This document shows, piece after piece, positions 36,118 through 50,295 of a stretch of DNA of 64,000 bases. Numbering within the stretch: the first letter of the stretch is position 1; each line of letters opens with the position of its first letter. The position numbers were made by a program, and so were the translations under genes. The notes under the pieces were generated by a model. The model did no database searches. It was not told the DNA's origin and worked only from the letters and a program-made list of their open reading frames with translations. The stretch comes from Eledone cirrhosa (Eukaryota), in NCBI GenBank assembly GCA_964016885.1, contig OZ024745.1:12462001-12526000 (forward strand). Reading direction: 5' to 3'.

Positions 36118-36660
36118 TGCCCTTCCTAACACCAACCTCATTTGCAGAGAGTGCTGGGTGCTTTTTTGCCGTGGCACCTCCACGACCACTTTGCAGTGGA
36201 ATGATAGGGACCCCAGTCCCTATCATCTCATTTCTTCAGCTGAGTAAACTGGAGCAATGTGAAATAAAGTGTCTTGCTCAAGGAAACAACACATCACCAC
36301 GTCTGAGAATTTTTCATGGAGGCACATGGCTTAGTGGTTAGAGCATTGGCCTTGCAATAGAAAGGTTGTGAGTTCAATTCTCAGACCGGGTGATGTGTTG
36401 TTTCCTTGAGCAAGACACTTTATTTCACATTGCTCCAGTTTACTCAGCTGAAGAAATGAGATGATAGGGATTGGGGTCCCTATCATTCCACTGCAAAGTG
36501 GTCATGGAGGTGCCACGGCAAAAAAGCAGCCAGCACTCACAGAAAATGAGGTTGGTGTTAGGAAGGGCATCCAGCTGTAGAAATCAAGCCAGAATCAGTT
36601 CCCGTCCCACCCTTGCAAGCAGGGAAAAGCGAACGTAAAATGAAATGATGATGATGAAAT
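36118..36660. mobile_element. Head-to-head pair of SINE family 2 copies (minus partial 36118-36311; plus full 36317-36660)
   Basis: ~190-bp arms are near-perfect inverted copies. The plus copy has A/B boxes and a (GAT)n tail. Confidence 0.9.
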
Positions 36661-36737
36661 GATATATATATATATATATATATATAGAATAAGTAAAAGC
36701 GAAGTAGTTTCAGATGTTCAAGTCCTTTAATAATAAT

Positions 36738-36811
36738 GGTGTGATATATATTTCAATGACGACACTGGCCACACTGTTCTGTGTGCGAGTGTCGTGACAT
36801 CATCAGACAGC
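36738..36811 (-). ncRNA. Candidate type I hammerhead ribozyme with long stem II
   Basis: Minus strand: GCTGT-CTGATGA-[TGTC ACGACACT..CACAC AGAACA GTGTG..AGTGTCGT CAT T]-GAAA-TATATA-TC-ACACC. Palindromic stem III, AUC cleavage triplet, short imperfect stem I. Confidence 0.55.
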
Positions 36812-37146
36812 TTGTTACATAATAATGTTATGTTTCCGAGGCAATCTAAGTTAAATCGACATGGGAACGGACGAAGTGTGTGCTTTTGGGTTCTTCATCC
36901 GTTCCCCTGTGAGTACCAATTCACCCCCACCGGTCTGCGCAGGCGCATGTCCGAAGGAAGTTGACCATTAGCTACCGCCGATTTCAACGAAATTCGCTTA
37001 GTCAGTTCACTCTCTCAGCCAAACAATGACCCATTTAGGCCTGTACCATAGTTTACTGCTACCCGTCCCTTCTGTGGCAGTCAGCCGAAAGCCAGAGGGG
37101 ATGGGAGAGTGTTAGTTTTTACAGGTCCCAATACTATACCTCTCAC

Positions 37147-37455
37147 CTTGCATGGGTTTGGACGGGCGTTTTCCCACTTGAGGCAAGAGTGGTTGTCTTG
37201 CTCGCATAGGACTGTCTGGCGGGTTTTCTACGGCTGGATGCCCTTCCTAACACCAACCACGTTTACAGTGTGGACTGGGAGGTTTTTACCGTGTTACCTA
37301 CACGGCCACATTACAGCGTGGACTGTGAGTTTTTTGTCGTGACACCTACACGACCTCATTTGTTTCGGACTGGATGTTGTGGTACCAACATAACTTTACA
37401 TTGAAAGGGGTGGTGTGGATGGGGTGGGGGTAGTGGGACGGGGTGTATTTTTGTT
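37147..37455 (-). mobile_element. RTE 3' UTR fragment
   Basis: Matches 23860-24168. Confidence 0.85.
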
Positions 37456-37627
37456 ATATATATATATATATAGTGTTAGTAAATTCTGTACCATACAGTT
37501 TTGTCAGCACAAGTCTAGGTCACAATTTATGCAAATAAAATTAAAGGAGAATAACTTCAGAATAGACAAGTTTTATTTAAAACATTTATAACATTGGTGG
37601 CACTATTTTGGGTGAGTGATAGGGTCT

Positions 37628-38114
<487 letters not shown>

Positions 38115-38115
<1 letters not shown>

Positions 38116-38775
38116 CAGTAGATGTGTGTGTATGTAACACAGTAGATGTGTGTGTGTGTAATCCAGTAGATGTGTGTGTGTAATCCAGTAGATGTGTGTG
38201 TATGTAACAGTAGATGTGTGTATGCAACTCAGTAGATGTGTGTGTAACACAGTAGATGTGTGTGTGTAACACAGTAGATGTGTGTAACACAGATGTGTGT
38301 GTATGTATCTCAGATGTGTGTGTAACACAGTAGATGTGTGCATGTACCACAGTAGATGTGTGTATGTAACTCAGTATATGTGTGTGTATGTAACTCAGTA
38401 GATCTGTGTGTATGTAACACAGTAGATGTGTGTGTGTATGTTGCACAGTAGATGTGTGTGTGTATGTTGCACAGTAGATGTGTGTGTATGTTGCACAATA
38501 GATGTGTGTGTAACACAGTAGATGTGTGTATGTAACACAGTAGATATGTGTATGTAACACAGTAGATATGTGTGTATGTAACACAGTAGATGTGTGTGTG
38601 TATGTTGCACAGTAGATGTGTGTGTGTATGTTGCACAGTAGATGTGTGTGTATGTTGCACAATAGATGTGTGTGTAACACAGTAGATGTGTGTATGTAAC
38701 ACAGTAGATATGTGTATGTAACACAGTAGATATGTGTGTATGTAACACAGTAGATGTGTGTGTATGTAACTCACA
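38115..38775. repeat. ~20-28-bp minisatellite (ACACAGTAGATGTGTGTGTATGTA)
   Basis: CAGTAGA(T/C) recurs ~28 times with variable (TG)n. Confidence 0.92.
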
Positions 38776-38839
38776 TGTAACAGTGGAATCTGCTAAGTTT
38801 AAAATATCACGTCAACATTTCAGTTTGGAAGTTTTTTTT

Positions 38840-39370
38840 CTATATATAAAAGTGGAGAAATATATTTTTCCAATGTTATATATATTTTCACTTGTATATA
38901 ATTACTGGATCGTTGTAGGGTTCACATAATTATATTATTTACAAACATTAATATAGACATTAAGTAAATCTTTGTTAACTTACCTCCTTCAGATATAATC
39001 AATGTGATTAATGACATTAACGTTGGTGTATCTTCTTTATCTTTAGTCATAAATTGATATCTTGTTAGAATGAAGTAGTGAGGCTGACTTTATGTCTTTA
39101 GCTACAGATTTGATAGGAAATATATATATATATTAGGTTGATATGTGGTCTAAAATATATATATATATATTGTCTATAAACGACTGATAGCAGATGTTCT
39201 GGTGAAATAGTAGGTTTACTACTACAGATTGTAATGGAACTCTTAGTAGACACAATTGTAAAGTAAGAATAGATATGACAGTGTAAGACTGATGTCGGGG
39301 AGAGAAAATTGTGTGTATATATATATATATAATTGTTACACAAGATATAATTAGATTAATTAAAGTTATA
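38840..39370. repeat. Segmental duplicate of 59235-60053 (ZNF upstream block with minus-strand donor GAAG|GTAAGT-like)
   Basis: Near-identical sequence once the SINE and a ~90-bp insert are removed from the 59-kb copy. Confidence 0.9.
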
Positions 39371-39371
39371 A

Positions 39372-39558
39372 TTATTTCTACTATTGGCACAAGGCCAGCA
39401 ATTACCCAGTACATTACTGGTACTTTATTTTATCGACCCCGTAAGGATGAAAGGCAAAGTTAACCTCGGCAGGATTTGAACTCAGACCATAAAGGGCCGT
39501 AACTCTTTGCTGCAAAGCATGGCGTCCGACCCTCTACCGATACTGCCAATCCACCGCC
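39372..39558 (-). mobile_element. Full-length SINE family 1
   Basis: Reverse complement of 35256-35440. Confidence 0.9.
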
Positions 39559-39629
39559 CTTAAATAATTGTTTCTACTTTTTGGCACAAGGCCAGCAATT
39601 TACCAGTGCATTACTGGTACTTTATTTTC

Positions 39630-40165
39630 CATCAATTTCAAGCGGTCAACCTTTTACACAGCATCTCTACCTTCATACACATCACATGTCCATACCACAG
39701 CAATCTTCTCTCCTGCATAATGTATCTTATCCCTCTTATGCCCAGGTTCTCTCTCAGTTTATTTACACTTTGTTCTTCATGTATATTAATATTACACATC
39801 CATTGGAGAATTCAAGCTTCATTTCTATCCAATCTTCGGAGGTCCTCTGCACACACACCGCCCACATCTCACTGCAATGCAGCATTGCTGTTCATATGCA
39901 GACATCACTTTGATGAAACAACCTTTTGTAGCTAGCAGCAGTAGTAGCAACCTAAACCTTTGCCATCTTGTTCTTACTCTGGTTACTGTACTTTCAGAAC
40001 ACCTACCTCCACTGCATATTTGGTCACCTAGGTAACAGAAACTGTCAACTGCTTCTATGGAATCTTTTAAATATTTGATAGAGCTTGTTTCCTAAAAGCG
40101 ATTGCTTCTTACTGCTCCAGTGCAATGACCCCATGTAAAATCTACTTTCTTAGCTAACTCACCTT
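39630..40165 (-). mobile_element. Degraded RTE (PHD family) fragment
   Basis: The reverse complement aligns to 55860-56400. Confidence 0.82.
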
Positions 40166-40299
40166 GGGCATGCTGACATATATTAAAAGGAAGTTCTTTC
40201 CTCCAACAATTTTCACCCCAAACAGACGAGTTTCATATTGTCAAAAAGGGAGGTAAATCTTTAGTGGTGGAATTGTCAGACTTAATTATATATGTAATT

Positions 40300-40935
40300 A
40301 GATACACATAGAAGTGGTTGATAGCTTTTGCAATCTAGGTGACTTAATTAGCAGTGGAGTGGGCTGCTCTGAAAGATGAATAGCTAGAATAAGGATAGGA
40401 TGGAAAAAGTTTAGAGAGCTACTGCAACAGTTGACCACAAAAGGTTTCTCTCTGTATAAAAGGAGGACTGTATGACACATGTGGGTGATGTGCAATGATG
40501 CATGGTAACGAAACAAGGGCTGTGATGGCAGAGGATATGTAGACTGGAGAGAAATGCAACAACCATGCTTTGTAGGATATGTTGTGTAAGTGTGAGAGAA
40601 AGGCAGAGCTTGGACAAGTTCAAGAAGAAGCTGGGTTTAAGAGTGATCCGAAGTGGTGTGTAAGAGAGAAGACTGTGTTTGTACGGACATGTGATGCACA
40701 TGGATAATGACTACTGGGTGAAGAAGTGCCAGGAAATCCCAGTGGAAGGAAGCCATAGTAGAGGTAGACCAAGAAAGACCTGGACAGAGGCTGTGTGAAC
40801 TGACTTCTAATCACTGACTCTCACAGAGGAGATGACAAAGGAACACGACGAGTTCAAAGATGCCATGTTGAGAAGGACCTGTGCAACCCAAGCAAGCATG
40901 GAAAAATGGACATAAAAACAGTGATGATATTGATG
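40300..40935 (+). mobile_element. Degraded RTE 3' fragment (diverged subfamily)
   Basis: EVVDSFCNLGDLISSG.GCSE...GWKKFRELL..., GRPRKTW, and a 3' tail. Confidence 0.82.
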
Positions 40936-41207
40936 AAAATGACGTACATATACACACATACATACACAAATAAATCAAACACAGATATGCACATACTTAT
41001 ATACAAACATATACATGAACACAAATTTTTACACACATACATTCACATATATATATAACGTATGTAAATTCTGAACAATACAGTTTTGTCAGCACAAGTC
41101 TTGGTTACAACTTCTACAAATAAAATGAAAGGAGAAGAATTTCGTAGTAAAACAGTTTTATTCAAAATATTAACATTGGTGGCACTATTTTGGGTGAGTG
41201 ATATGGT

Positions 41208-41965
41208 TTTTATCTTGTCTCATTGTGTTGCATTAAGTAATCTTTACAAGAGAACGATTTATCACAGACATCACAGTGATATAGTTCCTCTCCTGTAGAT
41301 GTTAGTGTGTAGTGAAGCCACAACATTTAGACAATGATTTACCACAGACATCACAGTGATATGGTTCCTCTCCTGTATATGTTAGTGTCTAGTGAAGCTA
41401 CAACATTCAGAGAAGCATTTACCACAGACATCACAGTGATATGGTTCCTCTCCTGTATGTATATGTTAGTGTCTAGTGAAGCCACAACATTTAGAGAATG
41501 ATTTACCAAATATATCAAAGTGATATGGCTTCCCAACTGTATGTTTGTGTGTAGTTAATGTAACATTGAAAGAGAATGATTTCCTTCAGATGTTACAATG
41601 ATAAGTATTTGTATTCTCATTAATTCACAATTTTGAGGGAATGATTATCACTGATGTCATGATGCGATATGATTTCTCCTCTGCATGTATAAGTTTGTGA
41701 GTAGTTATGCTACTTTTCCCAGAGAATGATTTACCACAGATCTCACAGTGATATGATTTCTCTCCAGAATGGGTACGTTTGTGACTAGTTAAACTACCCA
41801 ATTGAGAGAAGGATTTACTACAGATATCACAGTGATATGGCTTGTCTCCTGTATGTATATGTTTGCGTTGTAGTTAAGCTACTACTTTGAGAGAATGATT
41901 AACCACAGATATCACAGTGATATGGTGTGCCTCCTGTATGTATACGTTTATGGCTAGTTAAGGAA
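41208..41965 (-). pseudogene. Out-of-frame, decayed C2H2 fingers downstream of the ZNF stop
   Basis: The 84-bp finger pattern (AGAATGATTTACCACAGATATCACAGTGATATGG) continues with indels to an ancestral-like stop near 41210. Confidence 0.85.
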
Positions 41966-42985
<1,020 letters not shown>

Positions 42986-43526
42986 TCAACTGTGATTTCA
43001 TTTAATATCTGAAGATAATACAAACTTATATTTCATCCAAGTTTAGTTAAAATACAAAATCATCTCATAGTGAAGAAAATAAACTCAGTTTTGAGGAAAT
43101 ACTTCACAGTAATTCAATGACAGATTTATATAAACGGTGTTATATGAGTTCTGTATAAAACGTTTTAGTCTTCAAATGATTTTAAATAGAGGTGATGTAT
43201 CCAAGATTGAAAATAATAATTTATCCCAATGTCATCTGATATTCTGAAATAAGAAAGAAACAGTATGAGATAATAGAGAATACTTAAAAAGCAGAGATAG
43301 ATTTAACAGTGGAAATTTTATATTTCTATATTGGTAAACTGTAGATATCAACTTTCCTGTCCAGAGCAATTCTCTCCAATGTAAGCAGTGGTATTTCAGC
43401 ATGCTATATAAATGTTATCCTTCTATCTCTTCAGAGGTCTGCTCTATGGCAGTTTAGCATAAAATTCATTCTTATAGGACTTATAAGAAAGAAACAGTAT
43501 GAGATAATAGAGAATACTTAAAATAC

Positions 43527-46500
43527 AGGGAGGATCCCAGACCAAAAAAAGAGACATCATAATGCTATGATGGATGGAATCTGGGAGATGGTCCAGCTAA
43601 AATCCTGGTCCTTTCAGTGCCTGGCCTGTGTGCCTGCCTCCACTAATGTTATTGAAAAACAACAACAACAACAAAAACCAATGACTGTATCTTCCTCTAC
43701 CATTGTTACTGAACAATGGCAAAAACCTATGACACTAGCTTCTACTGCTATTCCTGTGGGAGAACATCAGAAACAACAACAACCCATGTCTTCCGCTCCC
43801 AGTACATCTCGACACAAACAACCTGCGCTGTGTCTTCCCCTATCATTCCTGTGGAGGAACATCATCATCACCAACAACAACAACAACAGCAACAACCTGC
43901 GACTGTGTCTTCCCCTACCATTCCCGTGGAGGAACATCATCATCACCAACAACAACAATAGCAACAGCAACAGCAGCAACAACAACAACAACAACCGACC
44001 AGTACAGATTTTGCAGAATTGCAACTAATGATTTCTGCTTTAAGAAGGGAAGTACCAGGAATAAAGGCAAGCATTCAGGTAGGACCCCACAATGAGGGGT
44101 CTTATCGGAATGCCTTGCTAAAGAATCTCCCTGTACCTCTTGCCGTATCTGGCCACACTGAAAAGACTGCGGAATCTGCTACCCATGAAGTAATTGCCAT
44201 TGGGGTACCAGAGGACAAGGCTGATCTTCAGGCATTTGCTGCCAGCTCAGCCAAAGACCTAGGCTGTGTTCCCCCAAAGGGTGCTCTCCGCCTTGGTTGA
44301 CGTGGTCCAAAACCCAGACTCATCAGGCTGTCTTTTTCGGACCCCGCTGAGGCAACCTCATACCATCTGGCCTCTGTTAAAGCTGGGCGTGAAAATCGGA
44401 TTACCTTCCGAACACGCCCAGGCCTACCACCCCATGTACGTCCAAAGCTCCGTGCTGCAGCTTCCTTGAATCGGAACTCAGCACAACATGAAAGTTTTAG
44501 TCTGCGTGATGATGGGCAGATCTGGAGGTTTGTCAAGGCTGGTGAAACGTGGAAGAGAGATACCAGCTGGTCTGAGTGTGATCTACCCACAATAACTGGC
44601 TATGTAAAAACTGCTACAACTCTGGGAAACTAAACCAGAACAACCTGCCACCCTCTACACACCATCATAAACTGCGAGCAGGGTACAAATTGTTGTCCTT
44701 AAATGCTCGCAGTTTATGCAACAAGATACATCTGTTTGAATCCTACGTCAGAAGCATCGACCCTGACTTCATCACAGTCACAGAAACATGGGCACATTCC
44801 TTACTCTGTGATGGGGTTTTCAGCATTACTGGGTACAACCTTTTCAGCAAGGACCGCATTAATCGCCGTGGTGGTGGTGTGATGGTCTACGTTCGTTCAA
44901 ACTTTTCGGTAATTCCTTGCGTTGATTTGAACGAATCACAGGAAGAAGTTTTTTTCTGTGACATACGTATGACCATGTCATCACTTCTGCTTGGTGTTGT
45001 TTATCGCCCCCCAAACTACCATCAGGACACACAGCTTTGCGATATCCTCAGAGTTGCTGCCAAGAAACAGCCACTTATGTGTTTATTGCAGGTGACTTCA
45101 ATCATCCTGAGATCGATTGGGAAACTTTTCGTTGGCCACAAGGTGCAAACGATTTCCTTGAACTAGTGCTGGACTCAAACTGGTCACCTCTCCAACAAGA
45201 GGTGACAACACTTTGGACCTGATCTTCACCACTACTCCTGAAGTGGTTATCAGTTGTACTACTGAGGAACCTCTAGGCGACTCTGATCATGCTATGATCA
45301 TTGCCAATCTGGCACTTGAGGGCAGCAACAAAAACCAGAGCCATCTCCAATCTGCTTGCTTTGATTGGAAGAGGGCGGATTGGAACTTGTACTGCACTGA
45401 GCTACAGCGCCCAAACTGGCATGAGATGTATAACTCTGGAGATGTGAACACTATACTCCAGAGCATCCTGGACTCAATATGGATAGCGTGTGCAGCATCG
45501 GTGCCATGTAAGCGGAAAAATAACCACCCCAAAAGTGCAATTTGGGAAACTTCAGCGGTCCGACTTGCCAGGAAAGAACGTCGGAACGCTGAACGGGAAT
45601 ATAAACTGCATAAATCAGATGCCAACAGAAAAAAGCGGAATAAATCTTCTAACCATCTCAAGCAAGTGACAAAGAAGGCAGTGCTTGAATTTGAACAGTG
45701 CATAGCAACCAATCCTGACGGTAAGGTGTTCTGGAAATATGTTCATTCAAAGCAGAGACCTCACTCTCCAGTTGGTCCTCTTCGCAATCCCCACACAAGC
45801 CAGATCACTGACGATCCCAAAGAATGCGCAGAACTCATTGCTGAGTGCTATGCAAGTATTTTTACTGTTGAAAACCAGAATGTACCATCTCCACCATCTC
45901 TAACATCAAATTCCATAACAACTATGGAATTTACACCTGCAATATTGCGACGTCACCTTAAGAATAAGCGCAACTATGCCTCCCCTGGTCTTGATGGTGT
46001 GACATACCTGCTTCTCAAACGTGGCGGGTATTTCCTTTTGCGCCAGCTTTCTTTCAATACTGTCTCAACAATGGTGCTACTCCGGAGCAGTGGAAAACTG
46101 CCAGTGTCATTCGCCTGTTCAAAAAGGGCAACCGCATGTCACCTGTCAACTATCGTGCAGTCAGTCTTACTAGCTGTATGGCCAAACTGATGGAATCCTG
46201 TGTCAGAGAAACACTTTTGAACTTCTGGAGCTCTCACAGCCTCATCCGGCCCTCACAGTTTGGATTTATCCCTAACTCCAGCTGCTGTGATCAGCTTATC
46301 GAGTTCCTTGAAGACATCACTCAGATCACTGACAGCGGCTCATGGGTGGATGTTGTTTACCTTGACTTTGCTAAGGCTTTTAATTCTGTGCCACACAAAA
46401 GACTTATGGCAAAACTCTCTGCAATGGGTGTGAGGGATGATCTTTTCGACTGGTTGAAATCCTTCATTCTCAGCCGAAAGAAGTAGTCACGGTTCTAGGA

Positions 46501-47722
46501 CAGCATTCTTCACCATATGAGATGTCATCTGGTGTACCACAGGGATCTGTTCTTGGTCCCCTTTTGTTTGTGGCATATATTAATGACATAGATGCCAACT
46601 TACAGAATGCCACGGTACTGAAATATGCAGATGACATCAAGCTGTACCTTGAAATCAAAAGGACTGATCCTGAAATTTACAACTCTTTCCTACAATCAGA
46701 CCTGGACACAATGCAGCAATGGATCACAGACTGGCAACTGAAGCTGGCTGTGGACAAGTGTACCACCATGCATTTTGGAAGGAAAAATCCAGCGTCCACA
46801 TACTCCCTCCACAACACTGATATCAAGAAGTCCTCTTGTGAACGTGACCTGGGCATTACTGTCAGCAGCGATTTGTGTTGGACAAAGCATGTCTCTAAGA
46901 TTGTCAAGAAGGCCGAGGGTGTCTTGGCATCACTCAGCAAGACCTTTGTTAGCCGCTCTCCAGCCATCTATTTAAAACTGTATGCAGCTATGGTACGACC
47001 ACACTTGGAATTCGCATCATCAGTCTGGAACCCTTATCTTGCTCAGAACATTGACCTCCTGGAAACTGTTCAGAGACGTGCAACCAAGCGCATACCCTCC
47101 ATCAGACACCTACCATACTCTGAACGCCTTGCTTCTCTGGGCATGGATTCATTGAAGCTCCGACGTCTGGCAATGGACTTGGTGAATACCCACAAAGTTA
47201 TTAACCATCTCGCCAATTGCAACTCTGAGCACCTTTTTGATCTCCATGTGTCTAACACACGAGGACATGCCTACAAGATCAGAAAACAGCACAGCTCCCA
47301 TGACTTTCGTAGACATTTTTTCACGCTCGGAGTTGCTGAAGCATGGAACAAACTGCCTGCGTCAGTTGTTAGCTGCCGAGACACTGCATCCTTTAAGACA
47401 CTCATGCTTCCCGAAATACGCCAAGGCTACACCTGATGTACCCCTTCCATACACATGCACACATGTGTGTATCATGACTCGTGCACTGTTCATTTTACTG
47501 ATGTTTGTGCATTGCCCTATGTACTGTACATGCACTTTTTGATGAGCTGTGGTGCACCTGGGCACTGTACACAATATTTCATTATTATTATTATTATATC
47601 ATGACTCATACACTGTTCATTTTCCTGACATTTGTACATTATTCTATGTACTATACATGCACCTTTGATGAGTTGTAGTGCACCTGAGCACTGTACACAA
47701 TAATTTCATTATTATATTATTA
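43527..47722 (+). mobile_element. Near full-length CR1/L2-group LINE, antisense in the putative ZNF intron
   Basis: ORF1-like region 43567-44635 (Q/H-rich, stops). ORF2 44690-47436 in 5 frameshifted pieces with APE (LNARSL, VTETW, YRPP, GDFN, SDH) and RT (DFAKAF, GVPQGSVLGP, YADD). Duplicated 3' UTR ending (ATT)n. Confidence 0.95.
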
Positions 47723-47756
47723 TAACGGAGCCATCCATTTCCACACTGTAAACGTG

Positions 47757-48450
47757 AAGGCACATGGCTTAGTGGTGAGTTCAATTCTCGGACCGGGTGA
47801 TGTGTTGTTTCCTTGAGCAAGACACTTTATTTCACGTTGCTCCAGTTTACTCAACTGTAGAAATGAGATGATAGGACTGGGGTCCCTATCATTAAATTAC
47901 CCAAGACACCTCCAACGAGATATACCTTGGAGGAGACCAGCTAAACCTGCATAGGTGTGAGCTGTCACACACACACAATGTAAACGTGGTTGGTGTCAGG
48001 AAGGGCATCCAGCTGTAAAATACCCAGCCAAATTTACAGTCTCACCGGAGAAGATACGACACATGGCGAACCATGGCCAAACTTGCCTCCTGGCATGGAC
48101 AACCTGTCTAACCCATGCAAAAATGGAAAAATGGATGCTAAATGGTGATGATACATATATATATATATATATATCCCTCCCACATCCCAGCACACACTGG
48201 ATGTGTAAAAGACACACCAAAAAACACCCGGCCTACACTGGACTTGTAAAAGACACAGCAAAAAGCACCCAGCCTACACTGTAAATGTGGTTGGCATTAG
48301 GATGGGCATCCAGCAGTAGAAAAGCAGCCAGAAACACCCCTATATGAGCGAGACACGGTCACCAGACCCAATTTGCGTCTAAATGGGACCTGGCTAATCC
48401 ATGCTAGCGTGGAAGATGGATGTTAATCGATGATGATGATGATGATATAT
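47757..48450 (+). mobile_element. SINE family 2 and RTE-tail fragments
   Basis: GGCACATGGCTTAGTGG head, TCCTTGAGCAAGACAC core and two GGAAGGGCATCCAGC-like...(GAT)n tails. Confidence 0.8.
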
Positions 48451-48635
48451 AATAAAATGTTGTAGTTTGTTTGAAGCATTCTATATAATATATAACGTTG
48501 AAAGAATGCAAAATGGACTGTAAGATGAGGGAAGGAAAAGTAAAAGTTACCTGGTAACTTTTGTTTCATTTTTTTTTTTTCTTTTTTTATCTGTCCAATA
48601 TTTTGGGACCTAAAAGTCCCTTCCTTGGTGTTTAA

Positions 48636-49554
48636 CACATTAGCATTTACATTACTCTATATATACTATTGTATTTTCATGGTAAAGGCTTTACCTCACA
48701 TAACATTTACATTACTCTATATTTACTATTATATTTCCATGGTAAAGTATTTACCTTACATAGCATTTAGATTACTCTATATATACTATTATATTTCCAT
48801 GGTAAAGTCTTTATAACATTTACATTACTCTATATACACTATTATATTTTCACAGTAAAGCCTTTACCTCACATAATATCTCACATAACATTTAGATTAC
48901 TCTATATATACTATTATATTTCCATGGTAAAGTCTTTACCTCACATAACATTTACATTACTCTATATACACTATTATATTTTCACAGTAAAGCCTTTACC
49001 TCACATAATATCTCACATAACATTTAGATTACTCTATATATACTATTATATTTCCATGGTAAAGTCTTTACCTCACATAACATTTACATTACTGTATATA
49101 CACTATTATATTTTCACAGTAAAGTCTTTACCTCACATAATATCTCACATAACATTTACATTACTCTATATATACTATTATATTTCCATGGTAAAGTCTT
49201 TACCTCACATAACATTTACATTACTCTATATACACTATTATATTTTCACAGTAAAGTCTTTACCTCACATAATATCTCACATAACATTTACATTACTCTA
49301 TATATACTATTGTATTTTCACAGTAAAGTCTTTACCTCACATAACATTTACATTAATTTATATATATACTATTATATTTCCATGGTAAAGCCTTTACCTC
49401 ACATATGTCACAATATCGAATCTATGAGATTTTGATATTATTTATATTGAGAACAATACCTTTAATATCAATAAGAGTGGCCAGTTACAGCCAGTTTGAA
49501 CAGAAAAAGGGGACAGAATTCTGGCCAGTTATGACCAGTTTAAATGTTAAAGGG
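48636..49554. mobile_element. piggyBac-like MITE containing a 60/72-bp tandem array
   Basis: TTAA at 48632-48635 and 49555-49558. Ends CACATTAGCATTTA vs (revcomp) CCCTTTAACATTTA, 11/14 match. Tandem array at 48640-49405. Confidence 0.65.
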
Positions 49555-50295
49555 TTAAGCAACTTTCAGTGGATAATGTTCCAATTTCCTCTCTTTGGGA
49601 TTAAATTTTGCTTTTGATTAAAATTTTTTCTAAATCATTTTCAAGCATTTTATAAAACTGATGGAAGCTGTGGAGTAAGAAGACATAGGATGAGGTGATA
49701 AAAGCTGACCTCACATGTTTGATGGAAGCTATGAAGTAGGAAGACCTAATTTGAGGTTATAAAAGCTGACCTCACACAATTGTTCTTCTCAAATACAATG
49801 ACACAGGATCGAGATCTTTGGTGTTATACAGTAATATAGAAGACCAGCCTTCCCTAGCATTGGTATCAATGACTCCAGCATGGACATCAATACACATCTA
49901 TATATACACACCTAACATATAAAAGACCCCCATCAGTCACGAATGACCATGTGATTTGCAACTAGAAAGTTCCCCTCTGAGGCACAAGTCTGGTTGTTTG
50001 AGGAAGATCAGCAGTCACCCAAGTATACCAGTCTACCCTCTCCACGCCACTGATGTTGTCCAAGGGAAAGATAATGGCTGATACAGCTTGGCAGCAGTGA
50101 CATCACAACATACACTATATATATATTATATATACACTGTGTACAGTATATATACACTATATATATATTATATATACAGTGTACAATATATATATACACT
50201 ATATATGATGTCCAAGAGAAAGGTAATGGCTGTTGTAGCTTGGCACCAGTGACATCACAACATATAAATACACTATATATATATTATATATACAC

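Noticed and set aside
48924-49388. 154-aa repetitive hydrophobic ORF
   Set aside because: Arises from 60/72-bp tandem units that are multiples of three.
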